From Camelus dromedarius (lineage: Eukaryota), in assembly GCF_036321535.1 (NCBI RefSeq), contig NC_087462.1:18910001-18974000 (forward strand): a DNA stretch of 64,000 nucleotides, given 5' to 3'. The notes below the pieces were generated by a model. The model did not search any database and was not told the DNA's origin. It saw only the letters and a list, made by a program, of their open reading frames with translations. The position numbers and the translations under genes are program-made. Below are positions 24,151 through 35,959 of the stretch, one piece after another; positions within the stretch are counted from its first letter, which is position 1; each line of letters starts with the position of its first letter.

Positions 24151-25059
24151 ATGATTACTTCACTAGTGTTTTTGCATACTTTGGTGCATCTCTGTTGCAG
24201 CAGATTATATATTCTTTCAACATACATTTCCCAGATATCTAGTGTGTCCCAAACATGTGCTGACTGCTAAAATTAACATGGGAGAACAGAGATTGATATA
24301 AGTTCTGTTTACTGCACTCCTGAGGTTTGAAAGGGATCTTCAAGTTTATAAACTCTCTCCTTAGGCTTAAGTACCCTCTACAGCATCCCCCATTTGTGCA
24401 TGGCCTTAGCTCACTCACTCTAGTGGTGATTAACTCACACCTCCTTTCACAGACCCCTCTGACTATAAGAACGTTCATACTTGTGTTAAGCTGAAATCTT
24501 CCTGTTCCTGCTCTTTCTCTGAAACTGCCTAGGTTTGTTTATTTCCTCTCCCACATTGCATCCCATTCAGAATTCTCAATGGCTACTGTCCTCCCACTCA
24601 GCATCCTCTGCTCTGCAGGATGGATTTTAGACCCCACACTACTGCATGGCTCTCCCCAGAATGGGCTCAGGTGTATCTCTTCTGTCTCCAAGTGGAAAGC
24701 AGCCGTTGTGTACAACCGTGGGGCCCTTCTCCCAACTGTCATGTCCTCTGGGAGGCCTCGGGTCACCTCAGACAGAGACACAGCTCTTTTATAGTAACCT
24801 GGCACATTCTCTTACCTCCCAGGGATCAAGAGAACAAAGCAACTTCTCGATCTCTCTCTGCGGAGCCCATTCTGACCCAGCTTGTTTGAACTCTCCATGA
24901 TCAGCCCCCAGTGCACTTTTGCTGACTAGCTTTTTCTAGGACCACGAACTTTTTGACGCTCTTGGTGGACTTCTGTGACCCTACTAGACCTGACTTTGGG
25001 AAGCCTCAAGCTGTCTTTTCCACACTGGAGGGCAGTCCAGGTTCCTACTAGAGTTACCT

Positions 25060-25230
25060 GAATAAACTTCCCAACACCGCTGAACCTCAGTTTCCTCATC
25101 TGTCAAATAAAGATAACAGTAGTACTTAACTTGTTGCGGTTTTGTGCATAATGAGATAACAGCTGGGAAAAAGAGATTAAACAGCCCCCAGCACTTAGCA
25201 AGCGCTGAACCATGCTAAGCTTTGTGAGGG
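25060..25230 (+). mobile_element. MIR SINE
   Basis: tgaacctcagtttcctcatctgtcaaataaagataacagtagtac. Confidence 0.8.
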
Positions 25231-26299
25231 TTATTTGAATCGAAACAGAGACACTGTCCTGGGTGAACTGACATTCCAGCAGAGTCATCAAGAACCGGAT
25301 GAAAGGAAGGAAATTGGCATGGAGAAAGCCTGTGGGCTGCAGTGACAGACAGAGCAAAGCATTCAGGCACTGATACCCGACCACTGGGGCTGCTCTCTCC
25401 AAAGGCAACTGACTATCATGCCTATGGATGGGGGCAGGAGAGAAATCTAAGGTCTCCTGATCTCCTGCAGCGTCTTCCTGTTTCTGCCCTGATGTTCTTC
25501 AGTGTTGTCCGTGGTAGAGCTTGGGGTCCAATCAACCCAATGTAGATTTCAGTTCTCCCAGTAACTAGCTGAGTGATACCAGGAAAAAGTCGCTTCACCT
25601 CTCTGAGCCTCTACTTTCTGTAAAATTAAGAAGAAATCTATTCCCTTGTAAGATCGTTGGGAAAATTAAAGCAGATGTATTCCTCACACACACACGCCTG
25701 GCATATATTGGGTACCTGATACGTGATGGCTGCTGTTGTCATCTTATCATTATTTTCATGATGATAATCTGAATTATTACTGGCATTCCCATGAAGAACC
25801 TGGAAGAATGAAGATCTCCCCTTTTCTTTCTGTGCTTTCCCCTTTGGAGGATGCATGCCGGTTTCCCCTTCCTCATATTCATTCTCTGGCTCTCAATCCC
25901 CTTTTCACTGCTCGGATAGCTTCCTGAGAGGGCTGGAAGCTGGGACTGCAAACTGCCAGATTTCATGCCCTACTCTTATCCGTCTCTCCAAAATCTTATC
26001 AAATATTAAAAAGCTGTGAAATAGGAGGCAGGTTTTTAATCATTTTAATCACAGCATTCCTCAGCCTGCTCAAAAGGGCTCGAAGGAATCGATTCAGAAG
26101 TGGTAATTATCCTTGCGGCCCCGTGCCAGGCTCCAGGTCAGCACTGGCACGAGCGCCAGTGACAGATGGCAGGCACCGGGGAGGGCTTGTCCAGGGCTGG
26201 GGCCCCCGAACAGGAGATGCCTCGTGGGAGGAAAGGAAGCTAAGTCATCCCAGGGTAGGCATCAGGGTTTTAAAGGCACACCCCAGAATCAATTGAAAA

Positions 26300-26500
26300 A
26301 TCAACTTACTTTTATTACGGTCTCCTTAAGTGCCAGATGCTTTTAGCCTCATTTAATCCACAAAGCAAGTCAGGGAGGTATTTATCATTATCCAATTTAT
26401 AAGTGAGGAAACTGAGGCTAAAAAATATTAAGTCATCAGAAAATGGCATGGCCAGATCTGTGCAGCTCTGGGGCCTGCACTGTGTCCTCTGGGCCTCCAT
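26300..26500 (-). mobile_element. MIR SINE
   Basis: ctcatttaatccacaaagc...attatccaatttataagtgaggaaactgaggcta. Confidence 0.8.
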
Positions 26501-26619
26501 CACCCTCAGGTTCAGGGCCCTACGGCAGAGATGTTGAGGGGTTGCTACCCTGGATGCCCTGCCTCCCTTAGCAGCCGCACTGTCTGTCCATCTTTGCCAC
26601 TCCCCCTCTCCCTCCCCCA

Positions 26620-26990
26620 CTGCGTTATCTTTTGAGCTCTGGTTTACTCTCAGTCTCCTCTGGCTACTGGGATTTATCCATGTATTTCAGCCCCCAGGCC
26701 CCATCCCATGAGCTATTATCTCTTTCCAACTGCCTGTGCATCACAGCCCAAATGCTCAACCCACTAAACTCATTCTCAGACAATCTCCCATCCTGTCCAC
26801 CTCCATGCTGCGTACTCCACCGAGACCTAGCTGCCTACAGTTCTCAGCTCCTTTCTCTCTTTCCTTCTTGCCTTTGCATGTGCTTTTCCTCTGCCTGGAA
26901 CAACTCACTCTGTCTCCCTCTCTAGGTCTCAGCGGAAACATCATTTTCTTCCTGGAAAGATGGCTGACTCCTCATTAGTGATACTACGTG
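26620..26990 (+). mobile_element. L2 fragment
   Basis: cctttgcatgtgcttttcctctgcctggaacaactc. Confidence 0.7.
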
Positions 26991-27939
26991 GCTTTCTCCC
27001 TGTGAAGGCAGACAGTCTTTTTTGTTGGGATGGCTTGTTTGCATGGCTGGGGTTCCTTTGGCCAGCCAGACTGGGAGGACAGAGGGCACTTCTCCCCGAT
27101 CCACCCCTGCAGTCCAGGGCCAGGCATGATGCCCAGTGCAGAGCAGGCACCTGGTAGACCCTGGCTGAGTATATTACGTGAATATCAAGGCTGGGCTTAA
27201 AGGCGGGGCTTTCTGGAGGCTTAGGAAATAGGGCAGAGTCATAGCTCTGGGCCAGATGAGACATGCAAGAGAGCAGGGATTGGCCATTTGCATAAAAGTA
27301 CTTAGGAATATTCTTCAGTATCACAGGAAAATATGTTTTCCATCATTTTCCTTGAAAAATGCATCCCTCTTGATCTATCTTTCATTTCCCCACGTTTAAT
27401 AGAGATGTGAATACAAAGAACTATGTCTCTACTATAAGACAAATTGCACCCCACGCACAGTAATAAATGACGACCCAAATAGTCTACTTGTCAGAAAGAT
27501 GAAAGAGAGTGGTGGGGGCCGTGGTGAATGCAGGCGCACGGACCTTCTGTAAAGGGATAGCTGCTTCTCACCCCCAGCATGTTGTTACCCAGGGGAATGT
27601 GGCTAGGTTTCCTGACTTTTCAAAAGAAGCTGGAAATAGACTATATGCATAATGTCCCAATTTTTAAGAGTTGCCTCAGTTAAACACATGCACACACACA
27701 CATGCATGCACACACAAACAAAAACAAAAAAAGCCCAATAAAACATCTGCTGAGAGGTTTTAGATCTTAGATTGGAACTTCTGCATGTATTTTCCTGCTG
27801 AGTGGAGAAAAGCTCCTTGCAGATGGACCTTAGTGGGGCCACTGACACCCGGAATCCACTAAATGCCTAGTATTGTACGCACCCAAAACACTCCCTTGTG
27901 CAAACCACCGACACCAAAGGAAAACTATTTATAACCCAA

Positions 27940-28130
27940 CCAGGCAGCGTTTAAAAGATCAAGGTGTACGTGGCGTGCTGAAATTGCTGGCACATTGTTT
28001 CCGTTTCCTCTCTGCTGTAGGATCAAATGCTTCCAGCTTCGATGATTAATCGCCTCTCAGTTTTCACCACAAGTTGTACAATCTTATTGACTGAAACAGA
28101 AATATTCATTTAGAGACTTTGCCTCTGGAA
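27940..28130. promoter_or_regulatory. Candidate conserved enhancer
   Basis: Repeat-free, CpG-retaining; CATTGT, TGATTAAT/GATTAATC, ACAAT and ATCAA motifs. Confidence 0.4.
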
Positions 28131-28328
28131 CAAATGCAAGTCCTGGGAGGGGCTGATGCTGCCCTGCGGCATCTGTGTGCTGCACAGCACTTCTGCGTGG
28201 GCTGATTCAACCCACCCCTGAGACGAAGTGGGACCACCCAGTACCCTCACTCACTGATGGGGCTCAGGGAGGCTCAAACAACCACCCAACAACTGTCATT
28301 ACAATGACTTTATCAATGGCTGCGATTT

Positions 28329-29117
28329 CTTTTTACATTTTTTTATTGAGTTATAGTCATTTTACAATGTTGTGTCAATTTCCAGTGTAGAGCACAACCT
28401 TTCAATTATACATGAACATACATATATTCATTGTCACATTTTTTTTTGCTGTGAGCTACCACAAGATCTTGTATATATCTCCCTGTGCTATACAGTATAA
28501 TCTTATTTATCTATTCTACATATGTCTGTCAGTATCTACAAATTTTGAAATCCCAGTCTGTCCCTTCCCACCCCCCGCCCCCTTGGCAACCACAAGTTTG
28601 TATTCTATGTCTATGAGTCTGTTTTTGTTTTGTATTTATGTTCTTTTCTTTTTTTTTAGATTCCACTTATGAGTGATCTCATATGGTATTTTTCTTTCTC
28701 TTTCTGGCTTACTTCACTTAGAATGACATTCTCCAGGGACATCCATGTTGCTGCAAANNNNNNNNNNNNNNNNNNNNNNNNNNNNNNNNNNNNNNNNNNN
28801 NNNNNNNNNNNNNNNNNNNNNNNNNNNNNNNNNNNNNNNNNNNNNNNNNNNNNNNNNNNNNNNNNNNNNNNNNNNNNNNNNNNNNNNNNNNNNNNNNNNN
28901 NNNNNNNNNNNNNTTTTGAAGTAGCGTTCCTTCTGGATATATGCCCAGGAGCGGGATTCCTGGGTCATATAGTAAGTCTATTCCTAGTCTTTTGAGGAAT
29001 CTCTGTCCTGTTTTCCACAGTGGCTGCACCAAACTGCATTCCCCCAGGAGTGTAGGAGGGTTCCCTTTTCTCCACAGCCTCTCCAGCGTTTGTCATTTGT
29101 GGACTTTTGAATGATGG
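28329..29117 (-). mobile_element. Young 5'-truncated L1 (camelid-like) with TSD, interrupted by an assembly gap
   Basis: ttttattgagttatagtcattttacaatgttgtgtcaatttccagtgtagagcac 3' end; antisense ORF2 C-terminus (MVQPLWKT...YDPGIPLLGIYP); 14-bp TSD aatggctgcg(a/g)ttt at 28315-28328 and 29118-29131. Confidence 0.93.
28758..28913. other. Assembly gap (156 N)
   Basis: Run of N. Confidence 1.
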
Positions 29118-29818
29118 AATGGCTGCGGTTTGTTGAATGCTGATTGTATTCCAGGTATTGTGCCCAGCACATTGCACATACTATGTCATTTAGGTCTCGT
29201 TAACACTCCTCATTTATGTGGGGAGAGAGAGGTGAAGGAGCCTTGGCGGCAGCGTAACCATTTTACACACAAAGGAAAAGAAACAGGGAGAGGTCAAGTC
29301 CAAGGTCATCCAGCTAATAAGCAGAAGAGCAGAGAGGCCAGCTTAGTGTCCAGGGTTCTCTCCTGAGCTCAAACACCGTTCTCTTACCCTGAGCCCAGAC
29401 ACAGACCTGCGGAGTCTTTTCCAAGCTGGCTGGACAAGGAACAGGTTTTTGCAGAAACTGCAGCTACTATAGTGCTTCCGTTAATGGTCTGGGGGCACTG
29501 CTGGTACTTTTCTTATGCACCTACTGTGTTGCCTCTGCCCGGGGTTTGGGAAGGGAGATGCTGTGGTGGGACTGAGGAAATCCACTCCAGCAGCTCTTGC
29601 ATTTTCCTTTCCCTGTTGAACGTGGTGAGCTGGCTCTCTGGGGATGTTCCAGGGCACTGCCTCTCAATTCAGATCCTTGAGATATTCTCCAGGGTCTATG
29701 GATTCTCAAGGGTAACTCCTTTTTTAAATTTTTAATTTTTCATTTAAATGATAAATCATTTAAACATCGATTTAATATTCTAGATCATCAGTTGTAACCT
29801 TCTTGTCACAGTCTATGC

Positions 29819-30243
29819 CAGGAATCCACAACCTACAGCCCATGGACCAAATCAACAGCCAGTCTGTTTTTGTATGCCCTCCAGGCCAAGAATTATTTTT
29901 GCATTTAGTTTTATTTTTAGAATAATTTAAAATTATTTTTACAATTAATTAAAATTATTTAATTTAATTAAAATTATTTTTATAATTAATTTTAAAACAC
30001 TGGGGGGAAAGTCAAAAGAAGAATAATATTTCATGACTCTTGAAAATTTTATGAAATTCCAATTTCAATATCCATAACTAAAGTCGTGTTGAAACACAGT
30101 GGTGCTCATTTGTTTGCATATTAACTTGAGCTGCTTTTGCAATAAGACAGCTGAGTTGAAGAGTCTCAACAGAGACCATATGGCCTGCAAAGCCAAAAAT
30201 ATTTACTGTTTGGCCCTTGACAGAAAAAGTTCACTGACCCCTG
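29819..30243 (+). mobile_element. MER58B-like hAT-Charlie MITE
   Basis: caggaatccacaacctacagccc...atatggcctgcaaagccaaaaatatttactgtttggcccttgacagaaaaagttcactgacccctg; 8-bp flanks gtcTAtgc/agtTAcgc have the central TA. Confidence 0.88.
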
Positions 30244-30519
30244 AGTTACGCAATGTGGTTTTACTGTCCATATTTTCATTTATGTTTCCAGCTGAGTTGG
30301 GCACCTGTTTATTTTGGGGTTTCTTTCCGTTTTCATTTTTATTGTCATGAGCTAATAAGGAAAAGAAAAAACTGAGAGAAAGAATTAGGTACCTAGACTG
30401 CCTGCGTGTGGAATACAATTTTCTGATAGTTCCAGGAGAGACTTGAGCCATCATAGCATGAAGTTGACCAGTAGGCTGAAGTAAAATGTTAAAAAAAAAA
30501 AAAGTCAACTCCACACCAT

Positions 30520-30780
30520 AGTCACACTGCAAACAGCGGTTCACTTTAAACCAGACCACCTCACATTCAACTAATGTTGTTAATTTTAAGTTTATTGGTT
30601 TTGCAGTCTTATTTGTGTTTAATTTGGAAATTTGTTTCTATTTTATAGCTCTATAAGAGCTCTAAGAGTAAGGATTTTATACTTAGCTTTATGTCTGTGT
30701 ATATTAACATGATAAAAATAATTTGAGTAAACACTTACTGAAAAATTTCCCCCTTTTATAGGGCATATGTCACTCATGTT
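30520..30780. mobile_element. Probable Charlie-family DNA transposon fragment
   Basis: gcagtcttatttgtgtttaatttggaaatttgtttctattttatagc...ataaaaataatttgagtaaacac resembles a Charlie 3' region. Confidence 0.4.
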
Positions 30781-31251
30781 TAAGCAGGAAATATAGATGC
30801 AAAAAATATCAATTATGTTATATCTTTGAATCAGTATAATCTGGTATAATTGCCTCCTGCCATCCTGGCAGAAAATTCAGCCTCAGTTATTTTGGGAGGT
30901 GCCACCCCAGTTTGAGGGGAGAGGGGAATGTCAAATAGGAACTCTAAACTTTAGTTGGAACCAGGTCCTCCTTTTAGGGTGGTGGCCATTTTTTGATATT
31001 GCTCCTGTGTCTACACTGCGTTTGTGTGTGCTGATCCCCACTGTCCATCCCTTAGGCTGTGCTGCTGAGTGGTTCAAAATTGCCCCTCACTTAGTCCTCC
31101 CATTTGCTTCCTTTACATGCACTCAGCCCACCTTCCCTTTATCCTCTCTCCTTCTGAACAAAGGGAGCACAAGTTTTCTAAGTAAGCATTTAGAAGCATA
31201 ATGCTAGCTTGACTTTCCTGTGTGGGGCTGGACAACGGAGGGGGAGAGGAC

Positions 31252-31489
31252 NNNNNNNNNNNNNNNNNNNNNNNNNNNNNNNNNNNNNNNNNNNNNNNNN
31301 NNNNNNNNNNNNNNNNNNNNNNNNNNNNNNNNNNNNNNNNNNNNNNNNNNNNNNNNNNNNNNNNNNNNNNNNNNNNNNNNNNNNNNNNNNNNNNNNNNNN
31401 NNNNNNNNNNNNNNNNNNNNNNNNNNNNNNNNNNNNNNNNNNNNNNNNNNNNNNNNNNNNNNNNNNNNNNNNNNNNNNNNNNNNNNNNN
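31252..31489. other. Assembly gap (238 N)
   Basis: Run of N between G-rich flanks. Confidence 1.
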
Positions 31490-31729
31490 TAGAGAGGTGG
31501 TACATGGGGGTGGGGGTTAAAGTAAAAGTAGATACATATTCCATAGACAGAGTGCAGACTGTCTCAGAAGGCAAGAGAGAGACAGTGACCAGCCTTTCTC
31601 TTTAATAATTCACTTTCCTACAACTGTTATATAAAAAATATGTTTTTTTCTTTTACTGAAAAGTTATACTCAGGGCCTCAAGATTAGAGAGTGAATGGAG
31701 CAACTTTAACCCTCTTCTGAGTTCCCTGG

Positions 31730-32307
31730 TATATCAGTTAGCTATTGCTGCATAACAAATCATTCCAAATACAATACCTTAAAACAACAAAAATCATTTA
31801 TTTTGTTCACAAGTCTGCAAGTTTTGCAGGGCATGGCAGGGATGGCTTGTCTCTGTTCCATGTGGAGTCAGTAGGGGTAACTCACTGAAGATCCACTTTC
31901 AAGATGACTCACTCACGTGGCTGGCAGATTGGTGCTGGCTGTCATCTGAGAGCTACAGTCAGGGACCTGTTTCCTCTCTCTGTAGGCTTCTCCATAAGCT
32001 TCTTGTTTGGGCCTCACAGAAGGTGGTGACCTCAGGGTAGGCAGACTGCTTACATGGTAGCTAGAGATGTCACAAACAAGTATTCCAGCAAGTAATGGTA
32101 GAAGTCATACTGCCTTTCAAGATCTAGCCTCAGACATCACATAGCATCACCTCCAGGACACCTGCTGGCTGATATGGTAACAAAAGCCCATTTGGTTTCA
32201 AGGATAGGGACCAAAGACCCCATCTCTCCATGGGGAAGTGGCAAGGTTCTAAAAGAGCACATGGATGCTGTTGGTGCAAGTATCTTTGGAAAACACAATC
32301 AGTCACA
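31730..32307 (-). mobile_element. MaLR solo LTR (MLT1G/H-like)
   Basis: tatatcagttagctattgctgcataacaaatc...tatctttggaaaacacaatcagtcaca. Confidence 0.9.
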
Positions 32308-32344
32308 CCCAATTTAGCATAGGATTGACCTTCCACCCCAACAC

Positions 32345-32530
32345 CATCCCTTATTATATGTTAGCTGCTTGGGCAAGTGACTTCAAGTCTCCAAGCTTCT
32401 GCGTCCTCCCCTGAAGTGAGGACAAATGAGTACTGCCTCAGGGTGATGCTGTGATCATTAAATGAGATAATATATGAAAAGTTAGCCTGCCACCTGGTAC
32501 ATAGTACATACCTGACAAATGTTAGCCTGT
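32345..32530 (+). mobile_element. MIR SINE
   Basis: ttagctgcttgggcaagtgacttc...tgtgatcattaaatgagataatatatgaaaag. Confidence 0.8.
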
Positions 32531-32929
32531 TTCTCTCTTCCCTGACTTAGTCTCTCAGTCCACCTGGACTGATTTAAAGTGACATTATTCTTGGCTACCA
32601 GCTTGTAAGCATTTTCCCTCGGGAAACGATGTTCGTGGATTCATAAATTTACAGGTTACACATAGGTTGTTATTCAAACATTGCTGGGTGATTGGCCATT
32701 TCAAAGTAGACTCTTGTTCCTAAAGCTGCCGGCTGTGGGAAGGAGTCCAGCAGGGTCCTTTTGCCCACACTTGGTCTACGGGTAGGGGAGATCCGGACCA
32801 CCCTCTGGTAGGGCTGATTGAAATGGAAGGACCACCATATGTCTTTCCCAGAAGGGTAACTGACTCCTGCGTTGGTCCCAGTTCCCCTGAGATTTTCCTA
32901 AAAACCCTTCCGGCTAGCCCGGTTGGGAG

Positions 32930-33237
32930 NNNNNNNNNNNNNNNNNNNNNNNNNNNNNNNNNNNNNNNNNNNNNNNNNNNNNNNNNNNNNNNNNNNNNNN
33001 NNNNNNNNNNNNNNNNNNNNNNNNNNNNNNNNNNNNNNNNNNNNNNNNNNNNNNNNNNNNNNNNNNNNNNNNNNNNNNNNNNNNNNNNNNNNNNNNNNNN
33101 NNNNNNNNNNNNNNNNNNNNNNNNNNNNNNNNNNNNNNNNNNNNNNNNNNNNNNNNNNNNNNNNNNNNNNNNNNNNNNNNNNNNNNNNNNNNNNNNNNNN
33201 NNNNNNNNNNNNNNNNNNNNNNNNNNNNNNNNNNNNN
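32930..33237. other. Assembly gap (308 N)
   Basis: Run of N. Confidence 1.
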
Positions 33238-33479
33238 ATTTGTGTGTCTGTTGCGTGTGAATGTCAGAGCTCATATGATGCCTTTGTCTTCATTCTAACT
33301 GAATCTTTTAATATGGAACGACTTGCTTGTTAATTCTGACTCTGGGCCAATGCTGTTTTCATTTGATTTAAAAAAGGTTAAAGAAACAAAGAAATATTAT
33401 TCTCTCAGGTACTCTAGGTAATTTTGTTGATTAATTTTTGGAAACAGCATGGTGTATTTAGAAAATATAAGACTTTTTA

Positions 33480-33860
33480 AAAACATTTCATACCAAGTGA
33501 CCCAAATCATTCAAATTCTAGGGAGTCTATCCCAAAGGTATATGAGAGATGGGTACGTGTATTTGAGAACAAGGATGTTCCGTGCAGTATTAATTGTAAC
33601 AGCAAAATAAAGAAAAAGAAGTTGGAAGTCACCTAAATGTACATATACCAAGAGCTTCATTTATATTGGCTACAAATTCCGTGTTCTTCCACATCACAGC
33701 TTATTGTCAGTCTCCTCTTGACAGACTTCAGTTTATTTAGAATTTTATGCTATCCTAAAAAAATGTTTCAGTGAACAACTTGGTGCAAGTGTGATTACCT
33801 CTTAAGGATAGATCACTAGATGTGGAATTGTTAGGACAAAGGACACATTATATTGTTTAT
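33480..33860. mobile_element. Old L1M fragments in opposite orientations
   Basis: Sense aaattctagggagtctatcccaaagg...acaaggatgttcc; antisense cttaaggatagatcactagatgtggaattgttaggacaaagg. Confidence 0.6.
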
Positions 33861-34139
33861 TCCCTCAGTCACCAAGTGTGTCTTGAGGGGCCCCTGTGTG
33901 CTAGGCAGGCAGTGCTCTACATTGGGGCCTGGTGGTGGATAAAAGGTCCCCATTGCCAACAGAGTGAGAAGGGAGGAAAGAAAACTAGAGGGCTCTCGCA
34001 GACAGCAGTGAGTGCTCAGGAAGGGGCTGAGGATAGTGGAAGAGCTAAACAGGGGTCTCTGAGTGCCGTAGCTCAGAGGGCATTGAACGGGTCGCTCTGA
34101 GCTAGCAGTGGTTCCCTAAGACATGTGGTGCTGGGAGAA

Positions 34140-34530
34140 GCAGCACAGTTCACTCAGTCGTCAAATATTTGTTGAATGCCCACTATATGCCAGGCTATGT
34201 TCTAGGCAATGAGAACCCAGCAATGATTATAGCCAATAAGGTATCTTAAAGTAGAAGCAAAAAAATGATATATGCTGTAGAGAAGATAAAGAGGGCTGGG
34301 GAGGGGAGACGTCTGCTTAGATAGACTAGTCAAAGAGAATCTCTCTGAGGGGAGGATGTTTGAGCTAAAATATGAATATTGAGAGGGGGCTGATCATGAA
34401 TAGACTGGGAGAATGAGATTCCAGGCAAAAGGACCAACAAGATCAAAAACGCTGAGGTGGGAACAAGCTCTATATGTTTGAGAAACTGAAAGATGAGCAT
34501 GAGTGAAGCCTAGTGAGCTAATTTGAAAAT
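34140..34530 (-). mobile_element. L2 fragment
   Basis: tcaaatatttgttgaatgcccactatatgccaggctatgttctaggc. Confidence 0.8.
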
Positions 34531-34735
34531 GGCTTGAGTAAGTCAGCAATTGTCACTATAATGCTGTGTAACAAATCACCCCAAAACTCAGCAGCATACC
34601 TCCCAGGTATGCATCTCTCCAAACTCTATTCTCTTTCTATCCACATTCGCTACGTCCCTATGTACAATCTCTCTGCTCTGAAAACCACAGAAGCCTCAGA
34701 ATGTATTAAGCACACAATACATCTACATCTAGATG

Positions 34736-34925
34736 CAATGGCTCTGAAACCCTAATGAGCATGAAAAAGACCTATTGAGCTGGTTAAGTGTATAACATTC
34801 TAGACCTCGGCCCCAGAGAGTCTGATTTAGCAGGCCTGGGGAAAGCCCCAGGAATCTGCATTTAAAAAATAACTTCAAGTAGTTAGGATGAAGGTAGTCC
34901 ATGGACCACGTTTGGAGAATCAACA
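34736..34925. mobile_element. MER5A-type hAT MITE
   Basis: cccagagagtctgatttagcaggcctgggg...ccaggaatctgcattt...ggtagtccatggaccacgtttggagaa. Confidence 0.85.
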
Positions 34926-35757
34926 ATGAAAAATTCACCAAAGACAGTCCCAGGCAGGCCAGAGAAACAGCCCTGCCTGTTTGCCTGCAGGATTAGGTAG
35001 AAGCTGGCCCTGACCCCACAGTTGCCAGTGTCATAAAGTGCACTTGGGCAATTTTAGCGAAGACATCCCTTCACTGTGATGCTGGTCCAGCGGGGAAAGT
35101 CGTGACTTAATGGTATCTCCTGGCTATAACAAACCTCCCCTCCTAGGGCTCTGGTCCCTGCTGAGCTCTGCTGGATCCTCCAGCATTTCAAAGTGAAGTT
35201 TGAGGTTCTTCAAACAGCCCGGAGAGATTTCTTGGAATTCCAAGGCATCCTCATCCCCTGCTCAGAGCCAGATTTGGCTTCTATCTTGGAGGCGGGGAGA
35301 CCTGCTGGGCCAGGACTTAGAGTGGCTCACAAGGAATCAAAGCCAGGCTTCTCCGCCTTCCTCTGACAGCCCTGCGAGCTGCTTCTCTGATTCCCTGCCA
35401 GAGTGGGGAAAAACATCCCAAAAGCTCATTACCAGCTCACATACTTTGCCCTGAATCAGTTCTTAAATGCCCTGGGATGAACAGCCCTAAACAGGAAAGA
35501 AAAAAAAGAAATAACGAGTTTCTTGCAAGTTCATAGACATCCCTGGTGCTTTCTGTCAGGCCAGGGCTCAGCCTTCTCTGCTGTATTTTATTTTCTGAGT
35601 CTCTAAGTAGAGTTGACTCTTGGTCCCCTGGCCATTAATTGCTTGGGTGTGCTGACCCCCTCCCAACCCCTCCCCCACCATGCACTGGTCCACGTCCCAC
35701 CTCTGAAAGTGGCAGAGCTGCTCCCAGGGATCTGCACTTGCTTAGAAACACGGCTGG

Positions 35758-35959
35758 ATAATTATTTCTTTAGTTTATACTAACAGAAATACCATCTCTA
35801 GAAAGACAGGGTGGTAACAGCTAATGTTACTTGAGCATTGCCTGTGCATATTTTGCACATAATTTTTTCTTTAGTTTATACTAACAGAAATACCATCTCT
35901 AGAAAGACAGGGTGGTAACAGCTAATGTTACTTGAGCATTGCCTGTGGGTATTTTGCAC
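35758..35959. repeat. Tandem duplication, 2 x 101 bp, 98/101 identical
   Basis: Copies 35758-35858 and 35859-35959 compared by eye. Confidence 0.95.

Noticed and set aside
28669-33333. ORFs containing long X runs (also at 47606-48268)
   Set aside because: They read through N gaps and are artefacts; the 28.7-29.2 kb ones are L1 ORF2 remnants
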